A stretch of DNA of 64,000 nt from Eledone cirrhosa. Taxonomy: Eukaryota. Each line of letters opens with the position of its first letter. Position 1 is the stretch's first letter. The notes beneath the pieces are model-generated. The model did no database searches and was not told the origin of the DNA. It saw nothing but the letters and a program-made list of their open reading frames with translations. This document shows positions 1 to 15,000 of this stretch, in pieces. The stretch covers positions 342,302,001 to 342,366,000 of the forward strand of contig OZ024742.1 of assembly GCA_964016885.1 (NCBI GenBank), read 5' to 3'. The position numbers and the translations under genes were made by a program.

Positions 1-1239
1 ATGTGATCTACAGTGGTATGAAGTATGTGATCTACAGTGGTATGAAGTATGTGATCTCCTGTGGTATGAAGTATGTGATCTCCAGTGGTATGAAGTATAT
101 GATCTCCATTGGTATGAAGTATGTGATCTCCAGTGGTATGAAGTATGTTATCTACAGTGGTATGAAGTATGTGATCTCCAGTGGTATGAAGTATGTGATC
201 TACAGTGGTATGAAGTATGTGATCTACAGTGGTATGAAGTATGTGATCTCCAGTGGTATGAAGTATGTGATCTGCAGTGACATGAAGTATGTGATCTCCA
301 GTGGTATGAAGTATGTGATCTCCAGGGGTATGAAGTATGTGATCTACAGTGGTATGAAGTATGTGATCTACAGTGGTATGAAGTATGTGATCTACAGTGG
401 TATGAAGTATGTGATATCTTGTGGTATGAAGTATATGATCTCCATTGGTATGAAGTATGTGATCTCCAGTGGTATGAAGTATGTGATCTACAGTGGTATG
501 AAGTATGTGATCTCCAGTGGTATGAATTATGTGATCTGCAGTGGTATGAAGTATGTGATCTACAGTGGTATGAAGTATGTGATATCCTGTGGTATGAAGT
601 ATGTGATCTACAGTGGTATGAAGTATGTGATCTCCTGTGGTATGAAGTATGTGATCTCCAGTGGTATGAAGTATGTGATCTACAGTGATATGAGGTATGT
701 GATCTACAGTGGTATGAAGTATGTGATCTCCTGTGATATGAAGTATGTGATCTACAGTGGTATGAAGTATGTGATCTACAGTGGTATGAAGTATGTGATC
801 TCCAGTGGTATGAAGTATGTGATCTACAGTGGTCTGAAGTATGTGATCTACAGTTGTATGATGTATGTGATCTCCAGTGGTATGAAGTATGTGATCTCCA
901 TTGGTATGAAGTATGTGATCTCCAGTGGTATGAAGTATGTGATCTACAGTGGTATGAAGTATGTGATCTCCAGTGGTATGAAGTATGTGATCTACAGTGG
1001 TATGAAGTATGTGATCTACAGTGGTATGAAGTATGTGATCTCCTGTGGTATGAAGTATGTGATCTCCAGTGGTATGAAGTATGTGATCTACAGTGATATG
1101 AGGTATGTGATCTACAGTGGTATGAAGTATGTGATCTCCAGTGGTATGAAGTATGTGATCTACAGTGGTATGAAGTATGTGATCTCCAGTGGTATGAAGT
1201 TTGTGATCTCCAGTGGTATGAAGTATGTGATCTAGAGTG

Positions 1240-4200
1240 GTATGAAGAATGTGATCTACAGTGGTATGAAATATGTGATCTCCAGTGCTATGAAGTATGT
1301 GATCTACAGTGGTATGAAGTATGTCAGCTCCAGTGGTATGAAGTATGTGATCTCCAGTGGTATGAAGTATGTGATCTACAGTGGTATGAAGTATGTGATC
1401 TCCAGTGGTATGAAGTATGTGATCTACAGTGGTATGAAGTGTGTGATCTACAGTGGTATGAAGTATGTGATATCCTGTGATATGAAGTATGTGATATCCG
1501 GTGGTATGAAGTATGTGATCTACAGTGGTATGAAGTATGTGATCTACAGTGGTATGAAGTATGTGATCTCCAGGGGTATGAAGTATGTGATCTACAGTGG
1601 TATGAAGTATGTGATCTACAGTGGTATGAAGTATGTGATCTACAGTGGTATGAAGTATGTGATCTCCAGTGGTATGAAAGTATGTGATCTCCAGTGGTAT
1701 GAAGTATGTGATCTCCAGTGGTATGAAGTATGTCAGCTCCAGTGGTATGAAGTATGTGATCTACAGTGGTATGAAGTATGTGATCTACAGTGGTATGATG
1801 TATGTGATATCCAGTGGTATGAAGTATGTGATCTCCATTGGTATGAAGTATGTGATCTGCAGTGACATGAAGTATGTGATCTACAGTGGTATGAAGTATG
1901 TGATCTTCAGTGGTATGAAGTATGTGATCTCCAGTGGTATGAATTATGTGATCTACAGTGGTATGAAGTATGTGATCTACAGTCGTATGAAGTATGTGAT
2001 CTACAGTGGTATGAAGTATGTGATCTCCAATGGTATGAAGTATGTGATCTCCAGTGGTATGAAGTATGTGATCTACAGTGGTATGAAGTATGTGATCTAC
2101 AGTGGTATGAAGTATGTGATCTCCAGTGGTATGAAGTATGTGATCTACAGTGGTATGAAGTATGTGATCTACAGTGGTATGAAGTATGTGATCTCCAGTG
2201 GTATGAAATTATGTGATCTCCAGTGGTATGAAGTATGTGATCTACAGTGGTATGAAGTATGTGATCTACAGTGATATGAAGTATGTGATCTACAGTGGTA
2301 TGAAGTATGTGATATCCTGTGGTATGAAGTATGTGATCTCCATTGGTATGAAGTATGTGATCTCCAGTGGTATGAAGTATGTGATCTCCAGTGGTATGAA
2401 GTATGTGATCTCCAGTGGTATGAAGTATGTGATCTACAGTGGTATGAAGTATGTGATCTACAGTGGTATGAAGTATGTGATCTTCAGTGGTATGAAGTAT
2501 TTGATATCTTGTGGTATGAAGTATATGATGTCCATTGGTATGAAGTATGTGATCTCCAGTGGTATGAAGTATGTGATCTACAGTGGTATGAAGTATGTGA
2601 TCTCCAGTGGTATGAAGTATGTGATCTACAGTGGTATGAAGTATGTGATCTACAGTGGTATGAAGTATGTGATATCCTGTGGTATGAAGTATGTGATCTA
2701 CAGTGGTATGAAGTATGTGATCTACAGTGGTATGAAGTATGTGATCTCCTGTGGTATGAAGTATGTGATCTCCAGTGGTATGAAGTATGTGATCTACAGT
2801 GGTATGAGGTATGTGATCTACAGTGGTATGAAGTATGTGATCTCCTGTGATATGAAGTATGTGATCTACAGTGGTATGAAGTATGTGATCTACAGTGGTA
2901 TGAAGTATGTGATCTCCAGTGGTATGAAGTATGTGATCTACAGTGGTATGAAGTATGTGATCTACAGTTGTATGATGTATGTGATCTCCAGTGGTATGAA
3001 GTATGTGATCTCCATTGGTATGAAGTATGTGATCTCCAGTGGTATGAAGTATGTGATCTACAGTGGTATGAAGTATGTGATCTCCAGTGGTATGAAGTAT
3101 GTGATCTACAGTGGTATGAAGTATGTGATCTACAATGGTATGAAGTATGTGATATCCTGTGGTATGAAGTATGTGATCTACAGTGGTATGAAGTATGTGA
3201 TCTACAGTGGTATGAAGTATGTGATCTCCTGTGGTATGAAGTATGTGATCTCCAGTGGTATGAAGTATGTGATCTACAGTGATATGAGGTATGTGATCTA
3301 CAGTGGTATGAAGTATGTGATCTCCTGTGATATGAAGTATGTGATCTACAGTGGTATGAAGTATGTGATCTACAGTGGTATGAAGTATGTGATCTGCAGT
3401 GGTATGAAGTATGTGATCTACAGTGGTATGAAGTATGTGATCTACAGTGGTATGAAGTATGTGATCTCCAGTGGTATGAAGTATGTGATCTCCAGTGGTA
3501 TGAAGTATGTGATCTACAGTGGTATGAAGTATGTGATCTACAGTGGTATGAATTATGTGATCTCCAGTGGTATGAAGTATGTGATCTACAGTGGTATGAA
3601 GTATGTGATCTACAGTGGTATGAAGTATGTGATCTCCAGTGGTATGAAAGTATGTGATCTCCAGTGGTATGAAGTATGTGATCTACAGTGGTATGAAGTA
3701 TGTGATCTACAGTGATATGAAGTATGTGATCTACAGTGGTATGAAGTATGTGATATCCTGTGGTATGAAGTATGTGATCTCCATTGGTATGAAGTATGTG
3801 ATCTCCAGTGGTATGAAGTATGTGATCTCCAGTGGTATGAAGTATGTGATCTCCAGTGGTATGAAGTATGTGATCTACAGTGGTATGAAGTATGTGATCT
3901 ACAGTGGTATGAAGTATGTGATCTACAGTGGTATGAAGTATGTGTTATCTTGTGGTATGAAGTATATGATCTCCATTGGTATGAAGTATGTGATCTACAG
4001 TGGTATGAAGTATGTGATCTACAGTGGTATGAAGTATGTGATCTCCAGTGGTATGAAGTATGTGATCTACAGTGGTATGAAGTATGTGATCTACAGTGGT
4101 ATGAAGTATGTGATATCCTGTGGTATGAAGTATGTGATCTACAGTGGTATGAAGTATGTGATCTACAGTGGTATGAAGTATGTGATCTCCTGTGGTATGA

Positions 4201-7150
4201 AGTATGTGATCTCCAGTGGTATGAAGTATGTGATCTACAGTGATATGAGGTATGTGATCTACAGTGGTATGAAGTATGTGATCTCCTGTGATATGAAGTA
4301 TGTGATCTACAGTGGTATGAAGTATGTGATCTACAGTGGTATGAAGTATGTGATCTCCAGTGGTATGAAGTATGTGATCTACAGTGGTATGAAGTATGTG
4401 ATCTACAGTTGTATGATGTATGTGATCTCCAGTGGTATGAAGTATGTGATCTCCATTGGTATGAAGTATGTGATCTCCAGTGGTATGAAGTATGTGATCT
4501 ACAGTGGTATGAAGTATGTGATCTCCAGTGGTATGAAGTATGTGATCTACAGTGGTATGAAGTATGTGATCTACAATGGTATGAAGTATGTGATATCCTG
4601 TGGTATGAAGTATGTGATCTACAGTGGTATGAAGTATGTGATCTACAGTGGTATGAAGTATGTGATCTCCTGTGGTATGAAGTATGTGATCTCCAGTGGT
4701 ATGAAGTATGTGATCTACAGTGATATGAGGTATGTGATCTACAGTGGTATGAAGTATGTGATCTCCTGTGATATGAAGTATGTGATCTACAGTGGTATGA
4801 AGTATGTGATCTACAGTGGTATGAAGTATGTGATCTGCAGTGGTATGAAGTATGTGATCTACAGTGGTATGAAGTATGTGATCTACAGTGGTATGATGTA
4901 TGTGATCTCCAGTGGTATGAAGTATGTGATCTCCAGTGGTATGAAGTATGTGATCTCCAGTGGTATGAAGTATGTGATCTACAGTGGTATGAAGTATGTG
5001 ATCTCCAGTGGTATGAAGTATGTGATCTCCAGTGGTATGAAGTATGTGATCTCCAGTGGTATGAAGTATGTGATCTAGAGTGGTATGAAGTATGTGATCT
5101 CCAGTGGTATGAAGTATGTGATCTCCAGTGGTATGAAGAATGTGATCTACAGTGGTATGAAATATGTGATCTCCAGTGCTATGAAGTATGTGATCTACAG
5201 TGGTATGAAGTATGTCAGCTCCAGTGGTATGAAGTATGTGATCTCCAGTGGTATGAAGTATGTGATCTACAGTGGTATGAAGTATGTGATCTCCAGTGGT
5301 ATGAAGTATGTGATCTACAGTGGTATGAAGTATGTGATCTACAGTTGTATGATGTATGTGATCTCCAGTGGTATGAAGTATGTGATCTCCATTGGTATGA
5401 AGTATCTGATCTCCAGTGGTATGAAGTATGTGATCTACAGTGGTATGAAGTATGTGATCTCCAGTGGTATGAAGTATGTGATCTACAGTGGTATGAAGTA
5501 TGTGATCTACAATGGTATGAAGTGTGTGATATCCTGTGGTATGAAGTATGTGATCTACAGTGGTATGAAGTATGTGATCTACAGTGGTATGAAGTATGTG
5601 ATCTCCTGTGGTATGAAGTATGTGATCTCCAGTGGTATGAAGTATGTGATCTACAGTGATATGATGTATGTGATCTACAGTGGTATGAAGTATGTGATCT
5701 CCTGTGATATGAAGTATGTGATCTACAGTGGTATGAAGTATGTGATCTACAGTGGTATGAAGTATGTGATCTGCAGTGGTATGAAGTATGTGATCTACAG
5801 TGGTATGAAGTATGTGATCTACAGTGGTATGATGTATGTGATCTCCAGTGGTATGAAGTATGTGATCTCCATTGGTATGAAGTATGTGATCTCCAGTGGT
5901 ATGAAGTATGTGATCTACAGTGGTATGAAGTATGTGATCTCCAGTGGTATGAAGTATGTGATCTCCAGTGGTATGAAGTATGTGATCTAGAGTGGTATGA
6001 AGTATGTGATCTCCAGTGGTATGAAGTATGTGATCTCCAGTGGTATGAAGAATGTGATCTACAGTGGTATGAAATATGTGATCTCCAGTGCTATGAAGTA
6101 TGTGATCTACAGTGGTATGAAGTATGTCAGCTCCAGTGGTATGAAGTATGTGATCTCCAGTGGTATGAAGTATGTGATCTACAGTGGTATGAAGTATGTG
6201 ATCTCCAGTGGTATGAAGTATGTGATCTACAGTGGTATGAAGTGTGTGATCTACAGTGGTATGAAGTATGTGATATCCTGTGATATGATGTATGTGATAT
6301 CCTGTGGTATGAAGTATGTGATCTACAGTGGTATGAAGTATGTGATCTACAGTGGTATGAAGTATGTGATCTCCAGGGGTATGAAGTATGTGATCTACAG
6401 TGGTATGAAGTATGTGATCTACAGTGGTATGAAGTATGTGATCTACAGTGGTATGAAGTATGTGATCTCCAGTGGTATGAAAGTATGTGATCTCCAGTGG
6501 TATGAAGTATGTGATCTCCAGTGGTATGAAGTATGTCAGCTCCAGTGGTATGAAGTATGTGATCTACAGTGGTATGAAGTATGTGATCTACAGTGGTATG
6601 ATGTATGTGATATCCAGTGGTATGAAGTATGTGATCTCCATTGGTATGAAGTATGTGATCTGCAGTGACATGAAGTATGTGATCTACAGTGGTATGAAGT
6701 ATGTGATCTTCAGTGGTATGAAGTATGTGATCTGCAGTGGTATGAATTATGTGATCTAAAGTGGTATGAAGTATGTGATCTACAGTCGTATGAAGTATGT
6801 GATCTACAGTGGTATGAAGTATGTGATCTCCAGTGGTATGAAGTATGTGATCTCCAGTGGTATGAAGTATGTGATCTACAGTGGTATGAAGTATGTGATC
6901 TACAGTGGTATGAAGTATGTGATCTCCAGTGGTATGAAGTATGTGATCTACAGTGGTATGAAGTATGTGATCTACAGTGGTATGAAGTATGTGATCTCCA
7001 GTGGTATGAAAGTATGTGATCTCCAGTGGTATGAAGTATGTGATCTACAGTGGTATGAAGTATGTGATCTACAGTGATATGAAGTATGTGATCTACAGTG
7101 GTATGAAGTATGTGATATCCTGTGGTATGAAGTATGTGATCTCCATTGGT
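1240..7150 (+). repeat. ~1.1-kb block repeated at offset 4803 bp (~1240-2345 and ~6045-7150)
   Basis: ORF starts 1684/6487 and 2213/7016 share the offset, as do the rare variants TGCAGTGACATG (~1858/6661) and AGTCGT (1981/6784). Confidence 0.8.
2213..4900 (+). repeat. Tandem 1441-bp duplication (60 monomers + 1 nt)
   Basis: ORF starts 2213/3654, 2509/3950 and 2968/4409 are all offset by 1441 and show the same order of variants. Confidence 0.88.
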
Positions 7151-9039
7151 ATGAAGTATGTGATCTACAGTGGTATGAAGTATGTGATCTACAGTGGTAT
7201 GAAGTATGTGATCTACTGTGGTATGAAGTATGTGATCTACAGTGGTATGAAGTATGTGATATCTTGTGGTATGAAGTATATGATCTCCATTGGTATGAAG
7301 TATGTGATCTCCAGTGGTATGAAGTATGTGATCTACAGTGGTATGAAGTATGTGATCTCCAGTGGGATGAAGTATGTGATCTACAGTGGTATGAAGTATG
7401 TGATCTACAGTGGTATGAAGTATGTGATATCCTGTGGTATGAAGTATGTGATCTACAGTGGTATGAAGTATGTGATCTACAGTGGTATGAAGAATGTGAT
7501 CTCCTGTGGTATGAAGTATGTGATCTCCAGTGGTATGAAGTATGTGATCTACAGTGATATGAGGTATGTGATCTACAGTGGTATGAAGTATGTGATCTCC
7601 TGTGATATGAAGTATGTGATCTACAGTGGTATGAAGTATGTGATCTACAGTGGTATGAAGTATGTGATCTACAGTGGTATGAAGTATGTGATCTACAGTG
7701 GTATGAAGTATGTGATCTACAGTTGTATGATGTATGTGATCTCCAGTGGTATGAAGTATGTGATCTCCATTGGTATGAAGTATGTGATCTCCAGTGGTAT
7801 GAAGTATGTGATCTACAGTGGTATGAAGTATGTGATCTCCAGTGGTATGAAGTATGTGATCTCCTGTGGTATCAAGTATGTGATCTCCAGTGGTATGAAG
7901 TATGTGATCTACAGTGATATGAGGTATGTGATCTACAGTGGTATGAAGTATGTGATCTCCTGTGATATGAAGTATGTGATCTACAGTGGTATGAAGTATG
8001 TGATCTACAGTGGTATGAAGTATGTGATCTGCAGTGGTATGAAGTATGTGATCTACAGTGGTATGAAGTATGTGATCTACAGTGGTATGAAGTATGTGAT
8101 CTCCAGTGGTATGAAGTATGTGATCTCCAGTGGTATGAAGTATGTGATCTACAGTGGTATGAAGTATGTGATCTCCAGTGGTATGAAGTATGTGATCTAC
8201 AGTGGTATGAAGTATGTGATCTACAGTGGTATGAAGTATGTGATCTCCAGTGGTATGAAAGTATGTGATCTCCAGTGGTATGAAGTATGTGATCTACAGT
8301 GGTATGAAGTATGTGATCTACAGTGATATGAAGTATGTGATCTCCTGTGATATGAAGTATGTGATCTACAGTGGTATGAAGTATGTGATCTACAGTGGTA
8401 TGAAGTATGTGATCTCCAGTGGTATGAAGTATGTGATCTCCAGTGGTATGAAGTATGTGATCTACAGTGGTATGAAGTATGTGATCTACAGTGGTATGAA
8501 GTATGTGATCTACAGTGGTATGAAGTATGTGATATCTTGTGGTATGAAGTATATGATCTCCATTGGTATGAAGTATGTGATCTCCACTGGTATGAAGTAT
8601 GTGATCTACAGTGGTATGAAGTATGTGATCTCCAGTGGTATGAAGTATGTGATCTACAGTGGTATGAAGTATGTGATCTACAGTGGTATGAAGTATGTGA
8701 TATCCTGTGGTATGAAGTAGGTGATCTACAGTGGTATGAAGTATGTGATCTACAGTGGTATGAAGTATGTGATCTCCTGTGGTATGAAGTATGTGATCTC
8801 CAGTGGTATGAAGTATGTGATCTACAGTGATATGAGGTATGTGATCTACAGTGGTATGAAGTATGTGATCTCCTGTGATATGAAGTATGTGATCTACAGT
8901 GGTATGAAGTATGTGATCTACAGTGGTATGAAGTATGTGATCTCCAGTGGTATGAAGTATGTGATCTACAGTGGTATGAAGTATGTGATCTACAGTTGTA
9001 TGATGTATGTGATCTCCAGTGGTATGAAGTATGTGATCT

Positions 9040-12000
9040 CCATTGGTATGAAGTATGTGATCTCCAGTGGTATGAAGTATGTGATCTACAGTGGTATGAA
9101 GTATGTGATCTACAGTGGTATGAAGTATGTGATCTACAGTGGTATGAAGTATGTGATCTACAATGGTATGAAGTATGTGATATCCTGTGGTATGAAGTAT
9201 GTGATCTACAGTGGTATGAAGTATGTGATCTACAGTGGTATGAAGTATGTGATCTCCTGTGGTATGAAGTATGTGATCTCCAGTGGTATGAAGTATGTGA
9301 TCTACAGTGATATGAGGTATGTGATCTACAGTGGTATGAAGTATGTGATCTCCTGTGATATGAAGTATGTGATCTACAGTGGTATGAAGTATGTGATCTA
9401 CAGTGGTATGAAGTATGTGATCTGCAGTGGTATGAAGTATGTGATCTACAGTGGTATGAAGTATGTGATCTACAGTGGTATGATGTATGTGATCTCCAGT
9501 GGTATGAAGTATGTGATCTCCATTGGTATGAAGTATGTGATCTCCAGTGGTATGAAGTATGTGATCTACAGTGGTATGAAGTATGTGATCTCCAGTGGTA
9601 TGAAGTATGTGATCTCCAGTGGTATGAAGTATGTGATCTAGAGCGGTATGAAGTATGTGATCTCCAGTGGTATGAAGTATGTGATCTCCAGTGGTATGAA
9701 GAATGTGATCTACAGTGGTATGAAATATGTGATCTCCAGTGCTATGAAGTATGTGATCTACAGTGGTATGAAGTATGTCAGCTCCAGTGGTATGAAGTAT
9801 GTGATCTCCAGTGGTATGAAGTATGTGATCTCCAGTGGTATGAAGTATGTGATCTACAGTTGTATGATGTATGTGATCTCCAGTGGTATGAAGTATGTGA
9901 TCTCCATTGGTATGAAGTATGTGATCTCCAGTGGTATGAAGTATGTGATCTACAGTGGTATGAAGTATGTGATCTCCAGTGGTATGAAGTATGTGATCTA
10001 CAGTGGTATGAAGTATGTGATCTACAATGGTATGAAGTATGTGATATCCTGTGGTATGAAGTATGTGATCTACAGTGGTATGAAGTATGTGATCTACAGT
10101 GGTATGAAGTATGTGATCTCCTGTGGTATGAAGTATGTGATCTCCAGTGGTATGAAGTATGTGATCTACAGTGATATGAGGTATGTGATCTACAGTGGTA
10201 TGAAGTATGTGATCTCCTGTGATATGAAGTATGTGATCTACAGTGGTATGAAGTATATGATCTACAGTGGTATGAAGTATGTGATCTGCAGTGGTATGAA
10301 GTATGTGATCTACAGTGGTATGAAGTATGTGATCTACAGTGGTATGATGTATGTGATCTCCAGTGGTATGAAGTATGTGATCTCCATTGGTATGAAGTAT
10401 GTGATCTCCAGTGGTATGAAGTATGTGATCTACAGTGGTATGAAGTATGTGATCTCCAGTGGTATGAAGTATGTGATCTCCAGTGGTATGAAGTATGTGA
10501 TCTACAGTGGTATGAAGTATGTGATCTCCAGTGGTATGAAGTATGTGATCTCCAGTGGTATGAAGAATGTGATCTACAGTGGTATGAAATATGTGATCTC
10601 CAGTGCTATGAAGTATGTGATCTACAGTGGTATGAAGTATGTCAGCTCCAGTGGTATGAAGTATGTGATCTCCAGTGGTATGAAGTATGTGATCTACAGT
10701 GGTATGAATATGTGATCTCCAGTGGTATGAAGTATGTGATCTACAGTGGTATGAAGTGTGTGATCTACAGTGGTATGAAGTATGTGATATCCTGTGATAT
10801 GAAGTATGTGATATCCTGTGGTATGAAGTATGTGATCTACAGTGGTATGAAGTATGTGATCTCCTGTGATATGAAGTATGTGATCTACAGTGGTATGAAG
10901 TATGTGATCTACAGTGGTATGAAGTATGTGATCTCCAGGGGTATGAAGTATGTGATCTACAGTGGTATGAAGTATGTGATCTCCAGTGGTATGAAGTATG
11001 TCAGCTCCAGTGGTATGAAGTATGTGATCTACAGTGGTATGAAGTATGTGATCTACAGTGGTATGATGTATGTGATATCCAGTGGTATGAAGTATGTGAT
11101 CTCCATTGGTATGAAGTATGTGATCTGCAGTGATATGAAGTATGTGATCTACAGTGGGATGAAGTATGTGATCTTCAGTGGTATGAAGTATGTGATCTCC
11201 AGTGGTATGAAGTATGTGATCTACAGTGGTATGAAGTATGTGATCTACAGTGGTATGAAGTATGTGATCTACAGTGGTATGAAGTATGTGATCTCCAGTG
11301 GTATGAAGTATGTGATCTCCAGTGGTATGAAGTATGTGATCTACAGTGGTATGAAGTATGTGATCTTCAGTGGTATGAAGTATGTGATCTCCTGTGGTAT
11401 GAAGTATGTGATCTACAGTGGTATGAAGTATGTGATCTACAGTGGTATGAAGTATGTGATCTCCATTGGTATGAAAGTATGTGATCTCCAGTGGTATGAA
11501 GTATGTGATCTACAGAGGTATGAAGTATGTGATCTACAGTGATATGAAGTATGTGATCTACAGTGGTATGAAGTATGTGATATCCTGTGGTATGAAGTAT
11601 GTGATCTCCATTGGTATGAAGTATGTGATCTCCAGTGGTATGAAGTATGTGATCTCCAGTGGTATGAAGTATGTGATCTCCAGTGGTATGAAGTATGTGA
11701 TCTACAGTGGTATGAAGTATGTGATCTACAGTGGTATGAAGTATGTGATCTACAGTGGTATGAAGTATGTGATATCCTGTGGTATGAAGTATATGATCTC
11801 CATTGTTATGAAGTATGTGATCTCCAGTGGTATGAAGTATGTGATCTACAGTGGTATGAAGTATTTGATCTCCAGTGGTATGAAGTATGTGATCTACAGT
11901 GATATGAAGTATGTGATCTACAGTGGTATGAAGTATGTGATATAATGTGGTATGAAGTATGTGATCTCCATTGGTATGAAGTATGTGATCTCCAGTGGTA

Positions 12001-15000
12001 TGAAGTATGTGATCTCCAGTGGTATGAAGTATGTGATCTCCAGTGGTATGAAGTATGTGATCTACAGTGGTATGAAGTATGTGATCTACAGTGGTATGAA
12101 GTATGTGATCTACAGTGGTATGAAGTATGTGATCTACAGTGGTATGAAGTATATGATCTCCATTGGTATGAAGTATGTGATCTCCAGTGGTATGAAGTAT
12201 GTGATCTACAGTGGTATGAAGTATGTGATCTCCAGTGGTATGAAGTATGTGATCTCCAGTGGTATGAAGTATGTGATCTACAGTGGTATGAAGTATGTGA
12301 TCTACAGTGGTATGAAGTATGTCAGCTCCAGTGGTATGATGTATGTGATCTCCAGTGGTATGAAGTATGTGATCAACAGTGGTATGAAATATGTGATCTC
12401 CTGTGGTATGAAGTATGTGATCTCCTGTGGTATGAAGTATGTGATCTCCAGTGGTATGAAGTATGTGATCTACAGTGGTATGATGTATGTGATGTCCAGT
12501 GGTATGAAGTATGTGATCTACAGTGGTATGAAGTATGTGATCTCCAGTGGTATGAAGTATGTGATCTCCAGTGGTATGAAGTATGTGATCTGCAGTGGTA
12601 TGAAGTATGTGATCTACAGTGGTATGATGTATGTGATATCCTGTGGTATGAAGTATGTGATCTCCAGTGGTATGAAGTATGTCAGCTCCACTGGTATGAA
12701 GTATGTGATCTACAGTGGTATGAAGTATGTGATATCCTGTGGTATGAATTATGTGATGTCCAGTGGTATGAAGTATGTGATCTCCAGTGTTATGAAGTAT
12801 GTCAGCTCCAGTGGTATGAAGTATGTCAGCTCCAGTGGTATGAAGTATGTCAGCTCCTGTGGTATGAAGTATGTGATCTCCAGTGGTATGAAGTATGTCA
12901 GCTTCAGTGGTATGAAGTATGTTAGCTCCAGTGGTATGAAGTATGTGATATCTTGTGGTATGAAGTATGTGATCTCCAGTGGTATGAAGTATGTGATCTA
13001 CAGTGGTATGAAGTATGTGATCTACAGTGGTATGAAGTATGTCAGCTCCAGTGGTATGAAGTATGTGATCTCCAGTGGTATGAAGTATGTGATCTACAGT
13101 GGTATGAAGTATGTGATCTACAGTGGTATGAAGTATGTGATCTACAGTGGTATGAAGTATGTCAGTTCCAGTGGTATGAAGTATGTGATCTCCAGTGGTA
13201 TGAAGTATGTGATCTACAGTGGTATGAAGTATGTGATCTACAGTGGTATGAAGTATGTGATCTACAGTGGTATGATGTATGTGATATCCAGTGGTATGAA
13301 GTATGTGATCTCCATTGGTATGAAGTATGTGATCTCCAGTGATATGAAGTATGTGATCTACAGTGGTATGAAGTATGTGATCTCCAGTGGTATGAAGTAT
13401 GTGATCTCCAGTGGTATGAAGTATGTGATCTACAGTGGTATGAAGTATGTGATCTACAGTGGTATGAAGCATGTGATCTCCAGTGGTATGAAGTATGTGA
13501 TCTCCGGTGGTATGAAGTATGTGATCTACAGTGGTATGAAGTATGTGATCTACAGTGGTATGAAGTATGTGATCTCCAGTGGTATGAAGTATGTGATCTC
13601 CAGTGGTATGAAGTATGTGATCTACAGTGGTATGAAGTATGTGATCTACAGTGGTATGAAGTATGTGATCTCCAGTGGTATGAAAGTATGCGATCTCCAG
13701 TGGTATGAGTATGTGATCTACAGTGGTATGAAGTATGTGATCTACAGTGATATGAAGTATGTGATCTACAGTGGTATGAAGTCTGTGATATCATGTGGTA
13801 TGAAGTATGTGATCTCCATTGGTATGAAGTATGTGATCTCCAGTGGTATGAAGTATGTGATCTCCAGTGGTATGAAGTATGTGATCTACAGTGATATGAA
13901 GTATGTGATATCCAGTGGTATGAAGTATGTGATCTCCATTGGTATGAAGTATGTGATCTCCAGTGGTATGAAGTATGTGATCTCCAGTGGTATGAAGTAT
14001 GTGATCTACAGTGGTATGAAGTATGTGATCTACAGTGGTATGAAGTATGTGATATCCTGTGGTATGAAGTATGTGATCTCCATTGGTATGAAGTATGTGA
14101 TCTCCAGTGGTATGAAGTATGTGATCTCCAGTGGTATGATGTATGTGATCTCCAGTGGTATGAAGTATGTGATCTACAGTGGTATGAAGTATGTGATCTA
14201 CAGTGGTATGAAGTATGTGATATCCTGTGGTATGAAGTATATGATCTCCATTGGTATGAAGTATGTGATCTCCAGTGGTATGAAGTATGTGATCTACAGT
14301 GGTATGAAGTATGTGATCTCCAGTGGTATGAAGTATGTGATCTACAGTGGTATGAAGTATGTGATCTACAATGGTATGAAGTATGTGATATCCTGTGGTA
14401 TGAAGTATGTGATCTACAGTGGTATGAAGTATGTGATCTACAGTGGTATGAAGTATGTGATCTCCTGTGGTATGAAGTATGTGATCTCCAGTGGTATGAA
14501 GTATGTGATCTACAGTGATATGAGGTATGTGATCTACAGTGGTATGAAGTATGTGATCTCCTGTGATATGAAGTATGTGATCTACAGTGGTATGAAGTAT
14601 GTGATCTACAGTGGTATGAAGTATGTGATCTGCAGTGGTATGAAGTATGTGATCTACAGTGGTATGAAGTATGTGATCTACAGTGGTATGATGTATGTGA
14701 TCTCCAGTGGTATGAAGTATGTGATCTCCATTGGTATGAAGTATGTGATCTCCAGTGGTATGAAGTATGTGATCTACAGTGGTATGAAGTATGTGATCTC
14801 CAGTGGTATGAAGTATGTGATCTCCAGTGGTATGAAGTATGTGATCTAGAGCGGTATGAAGTATGTGATCTCCAGTGGTATGAAGTATGTGATCTCCAGT
14901 GGTATGAAGAATGTGATCTACAGTGGTATGAAATATGTGATCTCCAGTGCTATGAAGTATGTGATCTACAGTGGTATGAAGTATGTCAGCTCCAGTGGTA

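Noticed and set aside
1-12. ATGTGATCTA matches half of the symmetric CRP/CAP consensus (AAATGTGATCTAGATCACATTT)
   Set aside because: The second half-site TCACA is missing (GTGGT lies at that position), all half-sites are in direct orientation, and nothing indicates a bacterial context.
11941-11946. TATAAT, a perfect sigma70 -10 box (also at 17149)
   Set aside because: It is a point variant of the TATCCT monomer type copied by the 5208-bp duplication, with no -35 element or downstream gene.
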